Below, piece after piece: positions 1-13,015 of a DNA stretch of 39,079 bases. Below the pieces are notes generated by a model, which was not told the DNA's origin, did no database searches, and worked only from the letters and a program-made list of their open reading frames with translations. This DNA comes from Octopus sinensis (taxonomy: Eukaryota). Location of the stretch: NCBI RefSeq assembly GCF_006345805.1, contig NW_021836824.1:1-39079 (forward strand), in the 5' to 3' direction. Within the stretch, counting starts at the first letter, position 1. Each line of letters starts with the position of its first letter. The translations under genes and the position numbers were made by a program.

Positions 1-190
1 TCAGTCATTTGACTGCGAACAACCTGGAGATCAGGCTTTATTCGAACAAATCGACCCAGGACTTACTCTTTGTAAGCCTATTACGTATTCTATCGGTCTC
101 TTATGCTGAACCACTATGTTACGGGGACCTAAACACACCAGCATGGGTTGTAAAGCGATGGTGGGGGACAAACACTGACACACATACAAA
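1..190 (-). mobile_element. SINE family A, 3' half (diverged, cut by window edge)
   Basis: Aligns by eye to the 3' half of the full copies at 21756-22182 and 28363-28784 (cagtcatttgactgcg...aaacacaccagcat...ggggacaaacac). Confidence 0.85.
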
Positions 191-341
191 TATATACACA
201 CATGCATACACACACATACATGTATGAGTATATCTATTTATCTATATTAATATATAGAATAAGAAATTTTACTGTAGATGATACTCCACGTATAGTACAA
301 CTTGTTTTTGTGCTCATCTATGAGCTAAGGAATCATAAAAT

Positions 342-373
<32 letters not shown>

Positions 374-599
374 GTATCTGTTTATCTGTCTATCGCTGTC
401 TCTGTGCTCTCACACTTTATCTCCCTCTCTTTCTCTCTGTGGATATATATATATATATACATATACATATGCGAAAGTATGTATTCTCTCGACAGCTAAT
501 TTAATATCCTTTGTCAAATCGTGTCCATTTGTAAGAATGAACAGGTGGTGTATATCTCATAAATATCTTAATTTGGATTCCCATTTGTAAAAGACTTAC

Positions 600-665
600 T
601 TTGTATTGTAGTCTAATATCATTACCAACAGCATGAACGACACAAATTAGTACATCTTTTATCTG
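600..665 (-). CDS. Candidate internal exon (QIKDVLICVVHAVGNDIRLQYK), unknown gene
   Basis: Minus strand gtttttacctttag|CAG...TACAAA|gtaagt. The 66 nt are open in phase 0, with a NAGNAG acceptor and an upstream ctaac/ctgac branch-like motif. No homology recognised. Confidence 0.35.
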
Positions 666-787
666 CTAAAGGTAAAAACTATGTCAGTTAGAGTAAGGTC
701 CAGGTGCTACAGTGCTAAACAAGTTTGTATGTTCTGCTCTTACAAATATAATATTAACACTACACACAACACACCACACACACACAC

Positions 788-849
<62 letters not shown>

Positions 850-867
<18 letters not shown>

Positions 868-1232
868 CTGAAGTTGTCTGTGTGTGGCAGGTTTGGTAGC
901 CTTCAACTAACACTTATCTCCTCCGAGACCCTGCGGCGGAAGTTGACCAAAATTGAGAGTATGATAGAAGAAGGCTTGCTCTTCCTTCCGTAGAAGAAAA
1001 AACCAAATCGGACCATGTTTATACCAAAAATTATTTACATCAAAAAGGTGCTTTTTTCTATGAAAATCTCTATTTTTTTCACTGCTGTGTCGCCATTTTT
1101 CCGTGCATTTCAACCAGAAAAATGTTCACTTAAAGAGAATAACAAGCTACATAATGCAAATTTTTTAGTTTTCAAAAATTCCAATTCTAAAGGGTCGAAA
1201 CAAACCCGAGCAACGCCGGGCGATACTGCCAG
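850..1232 (+). mobile_element. Non-autonomous Helitron-like element
   Basis: The 5' part (tatatataaaagctgaagttgtctgtgtg) and the 3' end (aaacccgagcaacgccgggcgatactgccag) match the termini of the copies at 8870-9263 and 31878-32395. The interior is different and the 5' TC is lost in an (AT)n tract. Confidence 0.65.
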
Positions 1233-1234
1233 AG

Positions 1235-1268
<34 letters not shown>

Positions 1269-1654
1269 CGTAAATATCGAAGAATGGAAATGAGTGCTCA
1301 ACACCACATTGGTGGATATATTTTATATATTTGTGAATTAAGGCTACCATTGTTTTCATGTTAAGAAAAGTAGGAAAATATCTGAGTGTCTTAACTTTTC
1401 AAGCCGTTCACATGGAGAAAGGTGAACGCCTCCATTTTGGAAAACAGTCTGGCTTCGTTCACGGGGTTTCTCGTAAATTCGCATAAATAAAACAACGAAG
1501 CCATGAATCAAGGTTCGTTACTCTTGAGTGGCATCTTTTGGATGTTTCTCTCCCTTGAATTTCTCTTTTGGGCAAATTGTTTTGTTATCATTGTTTATGT
1601 ATGCAGGGAGAGAAGGTTTCATCTCTAATATTTTGGATGTTATCTGTTGATTAC

Positions 1655-2051
1655 TTTTTTTACTTGTTTCAGTCATTTGACTGCGACCATGCTGGAGCTC
1701 CGCCTTTAGTCGAGCAAATCGACCCCGGGACTTATTCTTTGTAAGCCCAGTACTTATTCTATCGGTCTCTTTTGCCGAACCGCTACGTGACGGAGACGTA
1801 AACACACCAGCATCGGTTGTCAAGCAATGCTAGAGGGATAAACACAGACACACAGACATATACACACATATACATATACAAATATACGACGGGCTTCTTT
1901 CAGTTTCCATCTACCAAATCCACTCACAAGGCTTTGGTCGGGCCCGAGGCTATAGCAGAAGACACTTTCCCAAGATGCCATGCAGTGGGACTGAACCCGG
2001 AACCATGTGGCTGGTTAGCAAGCTACTTACCACACATCCACTCCTGCGCCT
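1655..2051 (-). mobile_element. SINE family A, full length (tRNA head, CORE-like domain, internal microsatellite)
   Basis: On the minus strand: tRNA-like head ending in B box GGTTCAGTCCC, then cttgggaaagtgtcttc (MIR/CORE-like), a central (AT/AC)n, and a tail gaaacaagtaaaaa. Confidence 0.9.
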
Positions 2052-2065
2052 ATATATACTGTTTA

Positions 2066-2455
2066 ATTTTTCGGTAATACAGTAAAGCTCATTCAAGGAA
2101 AGGTATACACAGCATCTTGCATCATTCAGAGACAAAAACAAAAAAACATCCAGGATCTCTGTCATATATGGTATGGACATTGAATGAAGGTAGAATAAGC
2201 AACCTCCCGATAGAATGGAAAATCATTGCTAAAGCCAAAAAATACAGAGGACAGGGTACTAAATGTGAACTCGGTATCATATCATGAACCTTAACACAGG
2301 AAAATTTAAACCCTACCATAAACAAAACGAGGAAGCATCGTACGTAGATATAGGTTCCAACCACCCGCCAGCAGTTATTAAACAAATAGTTAACATCAGC
2401 AGGCGTGTCTCCAACTTATCCGTCGATAATGACACTTTCGAAAAAGGGGTGAAGT
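2066..2455 (+). pseudogene. Penelope-like element fragments: GIY-YIG endonuclease followed by RT thumb
   Basis: Frameshifted translation SSFKERYTQHLASFRDKNKK / SLSYMVWTLNEG..IEWKIIAKAKKYRGQGTKCEL, then MNLNTGKFKPYHKQNEEASYVDIGSNHPPAVIKQI. Both are typical PLE motifs. Confidence 0.8.
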
Positions 2456-2885
2456 GGGGTTCATTTCTGATAATTGATTCGTCATTTATATCCATATTGC
2501 CGAAGAATTCTATAAGTCGAAGGTGGCGGTTAAAATGCTCAATATCAGCTTTTAGTTCAATGAGATTAGGGGTAGGTATCGAGATAAATTTGTAATCTTT
2601 CAATAGGAAATTCATCTCGTTCTTGTTGAGGTCTCTAATTGATAAATTTATGATCTCCAGGTCTATATGTTCTGTGTGTTCATTAAAATATTCTGTTGCA
2701 TAGGCTCTGGTGCCTTTTTTGTGGTATTTTCTCCCTAAAAAAGAATTGTATTATTGTGTTTCCATTTTTTCGTTGTTTCCGGGGTTCTGGTTCCCTCGCA
2801 GGTGAGCGGACGGTCCATGTTCTTTGTATGTATTTCATTGTCTATAGGTTTTGTCTTCTTCCCATCTTCTATGCTTATTGGGCCA
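2456..2885 (-). pseudogene. Penelope-like element N-terminal ORF fragment (inverted)
   Basis: IINLSIRDLNKNEMNFLLKDYKFISIPTPNLIELKADIEHFNRHLRLIEFF resembles the PLE pre-RT motif (INLS..L...E..LL.KGLKF.PTP...D...F.RxLRLxEFF). Confidence 0.7.
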
Positions 2886-2889
2886 TTCA

Positions 2890-3475
2890 GGATGGATAGG
2901 ATTGTTGCACGTAAATCGTGGCTTTCTCCATCAAATACTGAAATAAAACAAAAGGTCACAAAACAGCTCACGAATAGAAAGTTGTCTGGGAACGATGGCA
3001 TACCAGCTGAGATATAGAAATGTGTTAGCAGTCTCCAACTGAACAATTTATGTGAACGCTTCACCTTAATCTGGGAATCAGGATCAGTCCCACATGATTT
3101 TAAAGATGCTTCTACTGTCAATATTTATAACCACAAAGACAAAATTGTGAATGTGAATATGACAATGATAGAAGTATATCTCTCTTTTGTCTGTTGTCGG
3201 AAAGATACTTGGAAATGTTTTCGTAAACAGACTAAATGATGCCCCTGCCAGGTTAGTGTTGCCTGAATCTCAGTGTGGATTTCAGGTTGGTAGAGGCGCA
3301 GTGGATATGATTTTTAGCCTAAAGTAGCTGCAGGAAAACGCTCGCTCTTGAGTACAACCGAGACCTTTTTTTGTCACTATTGTAGATCTAACAAAAACTT
3401 TCGACACCGTATCTAGGGCTGCTCTTTGGGTAGTCCTTAGAAATCTAAATGTTCCAGAAAAGATGCAAAGGTAAC
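2890..3475 (+). pseudogene. RTE-clade LINE reverse transcriptase fragment
   Basis: With stops and frameshifts: KLSGNDGIPAEI*K...IWESGSVPHDFKDAS...ISLLSVVGKILGNVFVNRL...LPESQCGFQVGRGAVDMIF...VDLTKTFDTVSRAALW. Confidence 0.9.
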
Positions 3476-3724
3476 CAGGAAACCGGCTCCTATGAGCCAG
3501 GCGTGGCTCAAGAAGGAACAAACATGCATATGTGTATGAATGTATGTATGGATGGATGAATAGATGGATCGATCGATCGATTGATCGATAGACGGACGGA
3601 TGGATGGTTGTAAAAGCGCTACGTAGGCAGCATTGTTATTGCGTTGGACAAACCTTCATTCCTTCAAATTTACTGGCCTTACGACACCATGGCCGCTGTC
3701 AAATTACTGAAACAAGTAAAAGAA

Positions 3725-3737
3725 CAAAAGAATAGAT

Positions 3738-3795
<58 letters not shown>

Positions 3796-3845
3796 TGCAG
3801 ACAGAGATATATACAGACAGATAGACAGCTATCTAGCTAGCTAGC

Positions 3846-3905
<60 letters not shown>

Positions 3906-3935
3906 TAGAAAGATAGATAAATATAGGGAAAGAAC

Positions 3936-3980
<45 letters not shown>

Positions 3981-4082
3981 GTTGATATATATTGTGTATG
4001 TATGTATATATACATACATATATACACACACACACGTATATGTTTACACATACGCACACACACACACATACACATATACACA
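3725..4082. repeat. Compound microsatellite (GA/GACA/GATA/CA)
   Basis: Direct reading; it generates the LSIY/YLSI ORFs. Confidence 0.95.
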
Positions 4083-4398
4083 CGGATGCACTAAAATTTC
4101 CAAAATATCTTCACATCACAGCGAACATCTTTAGAAGGATCATAAGATTTCTGCCAACGTCAAAACAACTAACGTTTCTTTCAATTGTGTAATATTATTT
4201 CATATTCTTCATACATACAGATATATATCTGTGGTGTGTGTGTGTGTATGTGTGTGTGTGTGTGTGTGCGTACGAGTGTGTGTTTCTGTGTGTATCTGTA
4301 TATGTGTTTATATATCTATATATGTATTATGTGTGGGTGTTTGTTTTTGTATGTGTGCGTGTGTGTGTGCGTGCGTGTGTGTGTGTGTGTGTGTGTGC

Positions 4399-4433
<35 letters not shown>

Positions 4434-5072
4434 TATACATATATGAAATTTATTTATATTCCACATTTGCCTCTAAATACTGAACAAATCCGTTGACGAC
4501 CGACTGAATCAAAATGGAGGTTTTTAAAAATATGTCATCTTCATGTCGTTTTTAACAACAATTGTTCTATAACAGGAAATCCCATAAACCAGAAACAAAT
4601 TCAATGAGAATTGTATTACATCAGATCATCCTCCTTTCTCAATGAAAAATTCTCCGCTCAACCAGACAATACTTCTAGAAAATCTTGACATCTTTCTTTC
4701 TTATTTAACAACACAATACACATACAGACTGCCGCTGCAGGGAAGCAACACAATTACTGTTTAGATCTTGTTTCTATGGATAGAAATTTGCAACCAGTTT
4801 GGCTTCTTCTAACGAAAAATATTCAATAGAATAGAGAAAGGGGCGATTTATTCTGCTCTCGTATTTGTACGAATATGATTTTAAATTCCATTGCTTATTC
4901 ACTCAACATCTCAATACAGTTTTCTTGTTTTGTTCTTATCAAATATGATAACAGCATTATCCTCGGTCGCTTTTTGTTTGTTTATTACAAATATGTATAT
5001 GTGTATACATTTATGTGTGTGTGCGCGTGTATGTGTGTGTGGTCCCCGTCTGAATGTATATACATATATATA

Positions 5073-5133
<61 letters not shown>

Positions 5134-5330
5134 CATGCATATACATACACACACACGCACACATACACACGTACACACACACAAATGCATATATATTTTT
5201 TTGTGAGTGTAGGTAGGTATGTATGAATGTATATGTATATATAAACGTTTCTATTAGCTAACAACACTACAAGAGGTTATATAGAAAGCGAGTTTCGTGC
5301 CAATGAAATTTCCAATCTTGTACGATACTA

Positions 5331-5405
5331 TATCGTCCATAAGTATGTGTGTGTGTATCGTCCATAAGTATGTGTGTGTGTATCGTCCATAAGTATGTGT
5401 GTGTG
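5331..5405. repeat. Three perfect copies of a 25-bp unit (tatcgtccataagtatgtgtgtgtg)
   Basis: Units at 5331-5355, 5356-5380 and 5381-5405. Confidence 0.95.
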
Positions 5406-5535
5406 TCTATGTGCGCGTATGTGTGTGTGTGTGTGTGTGTGTAGATATGTATATACACAAACAGTATATAAAAATATAATTAATGTGGATTTAATTTATG
5501 ATGTTGAAATTCTCTTCAGGGAAAACAAGAAATCA

Positions 5536-5573
<38 letters not shown>

Positions 5574-5906
5574 ATATAAATATATAAGTGTGTGTGTGTG
5601 TATTTATATATATATATGTATGTATGTATAATATATATGTATTATGCATCTGTGTGTATATGTATTCATCAACATTCATTTGTATATGAATGTGATTGTA
5701 CGTATATGTATGTATATACATATATATATATCTATATACCTACTTGTGTATACATGTGGCTGTATTTTGTAGGTATGTAAATAAATACACACACTTACAT
5801 CGGCTACACACGCACTTTATTCATATAAGTTATATAAACGTATATCTATAATATGTGTGTATATTATATGTATATATATATATGTGTGTGTGTGTCTGTA
5901 GGTAAT

Positions 5907-5947
<41 letters not shown>

Positions 5948-6044
5948 GTATGTGTGTGTGTATATACATTTACATATGCATACATACATACAAACATACA
6001 TACATACATACATACATACATACATACATACATACATACATACA

Positions 6045-6075
<31 letters not shown>

Positions 6076-6533
6076 GGCGGCACACACATATACACACCGA
6101 CATTATATTAAATTCAGATTAAAAGGTTAAGAAGTTAAAGAACTATAAAGCAATTTTTTTCTTTTTCCTTTATCGCAATGTCAAAGTGTGAAAGTTCAAA
6201 GCGCAATTTTTTATTTTTTTTGCAGACATTTAAAAGATTCCAGCAAAAATATTATGCTGCACACCACTTGATGTAGTCGAAGACATCTGAAGACATCGCT
6301 TACTGCTACAGACATACACTAGAAGGAAAGAATACAAGATGATAGAATCATAAAAATACAATCACGCACCTACTCATATAATATATATATATATATATAT
6401 TATATTATATTATATATATACTATATATATATATATATATATACATACATCAATAAAATAGTAATAAGGATTATTCGAAGTCATTAGCAGTTACCTTAAT
6501 TGCGTTATATATACATATGCATACATGTATATA

Positions 6534-7509
6534 CACAGGTCTTAGACAAAATAATGGAAACACATACCATCATAGCATCGTCATTTTCAAATATCTATAA
6601 AACCGTCAAAAGCTTGTTTATTTCTATGTTTTTTTTTCATTTATTATTAGTGTTGCTTAATATATTTTGCTAAAATTGATGTTTCCTTCCAGATATCACC
6701 AGAAAAAAGTAATTAAAATTCATTGAGACGACAGATCTATCAGACTTTCAAAGCGGTCAAATTGTTGGTGTTCGTATGACAGGCGCTAGCGTAACGAAAA
6801 CAGCCGAAATGTTTGGTGTATCAAGAAGTACACTCTCGAAAGTAATGACAGCTTTTGAAAATGAGAGAGAAAACCTCCTCGTCGAAATAAAATCCGGAAG
6901 AAAACCAAAATTTTCAGATAAGGACAGTCGACTCTTACGCGAATTCTTAAAAGAATCACAAAAGTACAGCTGCTAAAAATTCTGCAGGGCTTAATGACCA
7001 CCTCAAGAACCCAATTTCCACAAAAACCTTTCGCCAGGAGTTGCACAAAGCCGGATTTCATGGGAGGGCTGCAATCAGAAAACCACTACTTTCAAAAACA
7101 AACGTTGCAAAGCATTTAGAGTGGAGTAAAACCCCACAGAATTTCTCCCTAGGCAGTGGAGGTATGTCATTTTCCTGGACAAGTCATCCTTTACCTTATT
7201 TCCGACCACCGACCGCGTATACGCGTGGACACAGCCAAAAGAAGCATGTGACCCAGACTGCTTTCTTCTAACTGTTAAACAAGGAAGAGGATCTGTGATG
7301 ATCCAGGGAGGGGCAATATCTTGGAAATCCGCCGGCCCGATGGTTTCCCTTCATGGCAGAATTAATATTCAAGACAATTTAAGCATTGTATCTTATCAAA
7401 TTCATCCTATGGTTGCGGAACTGTTTCCGCGGCGAAACCCAAACTTTCAGGATGATAATGCACCAATTCACACGGCTAAAGTGGTTACTGAATGGCACGA
7501 GGAACATTT
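6534..7509 (+). mobile_element. Tc1-family DNA transposon, frameshifted and 3'-truncated
   Basis: TA followed by a TIR-like start (cacaggtcttagacaaaataatggaaacac). Translation gives DLSDFQSGQIVG (paired-like HTH), GRKPK, RKPLLSK, VIFLDKSSF (first D) and FQDDNAPIHTAK (second D). It stops at WHEEH, before the SPDLNPIE/E motif; there is no 3' TIR. Confidence 0.92.
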
Positions 7510-7593
7510 CGGTCTAGAGATGCTCCTACCATTATTCTTCTTCTCTCCATCTTCTATTATATATACATGGCTTAGGCCAATTCTGACACAAAA

Positions 7594-7641
7594 TTATTTA
7601 GTATTATTATTATTATTATTATTTTATTATTATTATTATTA

Positions 7642-7687
<46 letters not shown>

Positions 7688-7792
7688 GTTGTTGTTGTTA
7701 TTATTAATATTATCATCATCATCATCATTATTATTATATCATTATCATCATCATCAATCATCATCATCATATTATTTATTGTTATTATATAC

Positions 7793-7827
<35 letters not shown>

Positions 7828-7865
7828 TACTATTATTATTATTATTATCATCATCATTATTATCA

Positions 7866-7906
<41 letters not shown>

Positions 7907-8024
7907 GTTATTGTTGTTGTTGTTATTATTAATATTATCATCATCATCATTATTATTATATTCATTATCATCATCATCATCATCATTATTATTATTGTTA
8001 TTATTATTATTATTATTAATATTA

Positions 8025-8066
<42 letters not shown>

Positions 8067-8090
8067 CATTATTATTATCATGATTATTAT
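7594..8090. repeat. Long compound (ATT/ATC/GTT)n array
   Basis: Direct reading; source of the poly-I/L/Y ORFs. Confidence 0.95.
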
Positions 8091-8691
8091 CAAAGTGACG
8101 AGCTGGTTGAATTGTTACAGCTTCGGAGATTAACTAGTAGAATAACCTGAAAATTTCTGTCGATTACATCAAACGTGAAAATCCATGTTAAAAGCTAAAG
8201 AGGGAATTTAACTGAGAACACTCATAGCACATAATGTTGAATAGAAAACTAATTTCCGATGACACGCTTAAGTATTAGTCATATAAATAGGGACCGATAT
8301 TTCAAACTTCATTTAAATGTTTCACGAAGAAAGGAAAGGGTACTCCATACGCAACAAAGAGTAAATACATCTATTATAAATGCATAGTGGAAAATTTAAA
8401 TTATTTCATAGATTTAAGTGAATGTGTATGGCAAGCTTCAAATGGATTTCCGGTAAATAATATTTATTCAAATGGCGGTTATAGAATAGCATTTGTTATC
8501 GAGAATATACAAATGCATCGTGAAATTATGTAGCACAGTAAAGCAGATGTTGATTGAAAAGACATTGTAACTTGTGTATTACAGAGAAGTATATTATATC
8601 ACAACCCTCAAAATTCAACTAAGGACTAGTTATGAAACTTGCCCTAATGGGAAACAGTTTGTCTTTGACAATTCACATCAGGTGGCACCAC

Positions 8692-8731
<40 letters not shown>

Positions 8732-8869
8732 GCACCACGCACACACACACACACACACACACATACGTACACACGCACAAATATGTGTGTATACATATGT
8801 AGACATACATGAACTCATATGTATTCATGCACCACACACGGATGCACGCATATTTCTGTTTATAGTATA

Positions 8870-9263
8870 CTAGCAGTATCGCCCGGCGTTGCCCGGGTCT
8901 GTAAGGGAAATAACTATAAAGCATTTTTAGAGAATTATAGCCAAAAAATAGCAAAAAAAGCATTAAAAATGGAAAAAAATGATGGTAACTTTTTTTTTAA
9001 TCGTTGACTCATCGTAGACATTTTTAGAGAGTTACTTCCCTTATATAATAGCGAAAAAAATGCATTAAAATGGAAAAAATGATGGTAAATTATTTTTAAA
9101 ATCGTAGACTCATCGTAGACGCGCGCTAATACCCAGAAGGGCTCGATATGAATCCCGACTATAAGATACCCGGTTTTTGTTAAACTGCACCGCAAAATGT
9201 GGGAGTAGTTAGGAATCTAAATCGTAGGAGACAGACACACAACTTGACTTTTATATATAAAGA
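8870..9263 (-). mobile_element. Non-autonomous Helitron (394 bp)
   Basis: On the minus strand: A|TCTTTATATATAAAAG ... CCCGGGCAACGCCGGG (hairpin) CGATACTG CTAG|T. It sits between A and T with no TSD and carries an internal ~100-bp tandem duplication. Confidence 0.85.
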
Positions 9264-9626
9264 TATACATATAAATATGAAAATTAACTATGCATTCCAG
9301 CCTATGAAACACTGTATGCAACGAACTATAGGCAAATAAGGAAATACACTATTATCGAACCAAGGGGAACTGTGTATTTTGAGCGAGGTACTTCTGAAAG
9401 GTCACCTGACGAGATATATCTACACCGAAGGATGCACGATAATCAGTAGTCCAGAATCCCACCCAGGAGATGCAGATACAAGACGGTTCGAAACGATTGT
9501 TGTGATTGCTAAAGAAGGGACATAAATTGTGTATCTAGACGTATAGCTATAAGCACATACATATGCATATGTGAGTATATGTGTGTATGTGTGTATATAT
9601 ATATGTGTGTAAGTGTATATATATAT

Positions 9627-9787
9627 GTGTATGTGTGGCTGTGTGGTAAGTAGCTTGCTTACCAACCACATGGTTCCGAGTTCAGTCCCACTGCGTGGCA
9701 GCTTGGGAAGGTGTCTTCTAGTATAGCCTCGGGCCGACCAAAGCCTTGTGGGTGGATTTGATAGACAGAAACTGAAAGAAGCCCTTC

Positions 9788-9831
<44 letters not shown>

Positions 9832-10057
9832 GTGTGTGTGTGTGTGTGTGTGTCTGTGTTTGTTCCCCCCAACATCGCTTGACATCCGGTGCTGCTGTGT
9901 TTACGACCCCGTAACTTAGCGGTTCGGCAAAAGGGTCCGATAGAAACAGTACTAGGCTTCCAAAGAATAAGTCCTGGGGTCGATTTGCTCGACTAATGGC
10001 GGTACTCCAGCATGGCCGCAGTCAAATGACTGAAACATTTAAAAGAGTAAAAGAGTA
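9627..10057 (+). mobile_element. SINE family A, full length
   Basis: A box-like tggctgtgtgg, B box gagttcagtccc, CORE-like cttgggaaggtgtcttc, central (AT)(GT)n, and (aaagagt)n tail. Confidence 0.9.
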
Positions 10058-10574
10058 TATATGTATGTGTGTGGAGTTGTATATGCGTGTACGTGTGTGT
10101 ATGTGTATATATGTGTGTGTGTGTGTGTGTGTATAAAATCAAAATGACAAATAGCCAGAGTGACAGACAGACGTACAGACGGACACACAGACAGAAAAGG
10201 AGCGAGAGGATGGAAAGAGTACGACAATCAACACTACATGTCATCGTTGCTTCGCATTTTTTATTTCAATATACGGCCCCCACCATCAGCACCGGGCCAT
10301 ATTGGCGCAGTTCTATCTATCTACATAATTGTCTGATCTTTACTTAATGTGACACTGTGAGAACTAATGAAGATGACACTGCTGCCGATGCTGCTGCTCA
10401 CGCTACTAAAACCTCTGATGCTGATGCTGCTGCCGCTGATGATGGTGTCGATGCTTTTGCTCTCGTCATTGTTGTTTTGCGAGTGGTCACACCTATGCAA
10501 ATCTGATAACATTATTGACGACTTAAATGAACAACTGCCATCATTGTCATTATTATTGCTATTATTATTATTGG

Positions 10575-10611
<37 letters not shown>

Positions 10612-10882
10612 AGTTCTTTTATTTGTTTATTAGCTTTTTTGTTTTGACTCCTCTAATGTCATGTTTATTCGGTTTTCGCTTTCCCCACATTTAGCTTCCA
10701 TCTTTTTTTTTTTTTTTCACGAAAATTAGAGTCAACGAGAGCGTCGCTTGTGGATTGAAAATGTTTACCTTACAAGACGTGTAGGCAAACAACTGTCACC
10801 CCCCCCACACACACATACATACAAACGTAAACATGTACATATAAATATACATACACACACACATATATATATATATATATTT

Positions 10883-10900
10883 AGATACATAGATAGATAA

Positions 10901-10954
<54 letters not shown>

Positions 10955-10955
10955 G

Positions 10956-11002
<47 letters not shown>

Positions 11003-11003
11003 G

Positions 11004-11036
<33 letters not shown>

Positions 11037-11056
11037 GTGGATAGATAGATAAGTAG
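10883..11056. repeat. (GATA)n tetranucleotide array
   Basis: Direct reading. Confidence 0.95.
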
Positions 11057-11118
11057 ACTTACACATATGCAGGTACATATACATATATATGCATACATAT
11101 ATATATTTATATATATAT

Positions 11119-11149
<31 letters not shown>

Positions 11150-11197
11150 CATATACATACATACATATGTATATATATAAACACATACACACACACG

Positions 11198-11232
<35 letters not shown>

Positions 11233-11410
11233 TATATATACACTCGTCTATGTGTTTTACAAGAATGGTGTTTCCATTTTTTGGCAGACCACATTTTCAT
11301 TTACTTGCGTAATTTCACACTTTATTTAAGTAATCAAATATATATATATACATGCATACAGATATGCATACGTATATATATATATACACATATATCGTCA
11401 CATATGCATA

Positions 11411-11447
<37 letters not shown>

Positions 11448-11754
11448 GCACTCATGCACACTAAGTAGACATGTTTGTCATATTTAATTGTATCCGCCAT
11501 TGTCGTTCTTACCGGCGCTATAGCTGCTGCTGCTGCCGCTGATGATGATGATGATGATGATGTTGTCGACATACGTCTCGCATTAATGCTGGAGAATTTT
11601 TTTCAACCTTTTCAATTATGTCTTAGTATTGTTTATCATTTTTGTTGCCATTTTTATTTCTTTGTTCTTTTTGTTGACTCTGTTAATTGCTTTCGATTGT
11701 CTCTTTGTTTTCTTCCACGCTTATTTATATGGTATTTTTAATTCTTATTATAGT

Positions 11755-11950
11755 TTTTACTCGTTTCCAGTCTTTGGTCTGCGGCCATGCTTGGGCACGT
11801 CCTTGAAAAAGTCCATGAAGGGGTTAATATTGGGTGCTATTACTTATGTTTTTGATGACTGACACTTATTCCGTTGAATTCCTTTTTGCTGAACCACTAA
11901 AATATAGGGATGTAAACTAATCAACACACATTGTCATGAGCTGTGGACAG
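11755..11950 (-). mobile_element. SINE family A, old 3' fragment
   Basis: Retains ctgcggccatgct and gctgaaccactaa...ggatgtaaac blocks. Confidence 0.55.
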
Positions 11951-11982
11951 AGAAACGTAGATACAAAGTGACACACAATTAT

Positions 11983-12053
<71 letters not shown>

Positions 12054-12189
12054 TTTGTGTGTGTGCGTGTGAGGGGTTACTGAAACCTGCCTGATTTTAA
12101 GAAGGCCTGCAATAAGTGTGTGAATCTGAGAGAGGAATATGTTGCATGAAATCGTAATTAACTGATCGTCCTGTATTAACTTTTACCTA

Positions 12190-12610
12190 AAGCCAGGAAT
12201 TTTTCATACCCATATGCCGCAATGCTTTTATCGAAGTCTTTCAAATTCGTCAGCCAATAATCTTCAGCCACTAACCTTGTACTCCATCCAGGGCAGATAC
12301 CTTCCGATTTGCTATAAGTTTTGAATTTCAGTCTTATTGAATTCAGATGAATTCTGACGTCATTTATTTCTTGGTATAGTTGCAAGTGCTCGACACTTTT
12401 TGTATGTGTCACTGACCCGTTCCAAAGTTCTCCCCCAAATACTTTACTTACTTGCGTATCAGAAATCAATGCTTGATGTTATCCTACCTGTATTTACTCA
12501 GAAAGACCTCTTCTGTTTGATTGAATCAATCTACTCACTTCCAAACTTTTGCATCAAGTATCATATATTTTCAATTGTCCTTTGGCGTCGTCACCCTGTG
12601 TGACATTTCT
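12190..12610 (-). pseudogene. R4/Dong-clade LINE ORF fragment (pre-RT region)
   Basis: EMSHRVT, SRLIQSNRRG, FGGELWNGSVTHTKSVEHL and PGW..EDYWLTNLK resemble the Dong motifs ELKQRVTA, NRLFQSNQK, FWxxLWxxxVxHN and PNWKAPGxDGVQGYWLK. Confidence 0.6.
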
Positions 12611-12634
12611 TTATGTACTGTTTGCTTTCGCATT

Positions 12635-13015
<381 letters not shown>

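Noticed and set aside
7295-8083. 262-aa ORF fusing the Tc1 DDE region to poly-Ile/Leu
   Set aside because: It is read-through of a frameshifted, truncated transposase into an (ATT)n array, which has no stop in that frame.
9301-9387. Plus-strand exon candidate AYETLYATNYRQIRKYTIIEPRGTVYFERG
   Set aside because: The splice sites are only moderate, no convincing partner exons were found, and it is opposite to the better-supported minus-strand exons. A 29-codon open frame can occur by chance.
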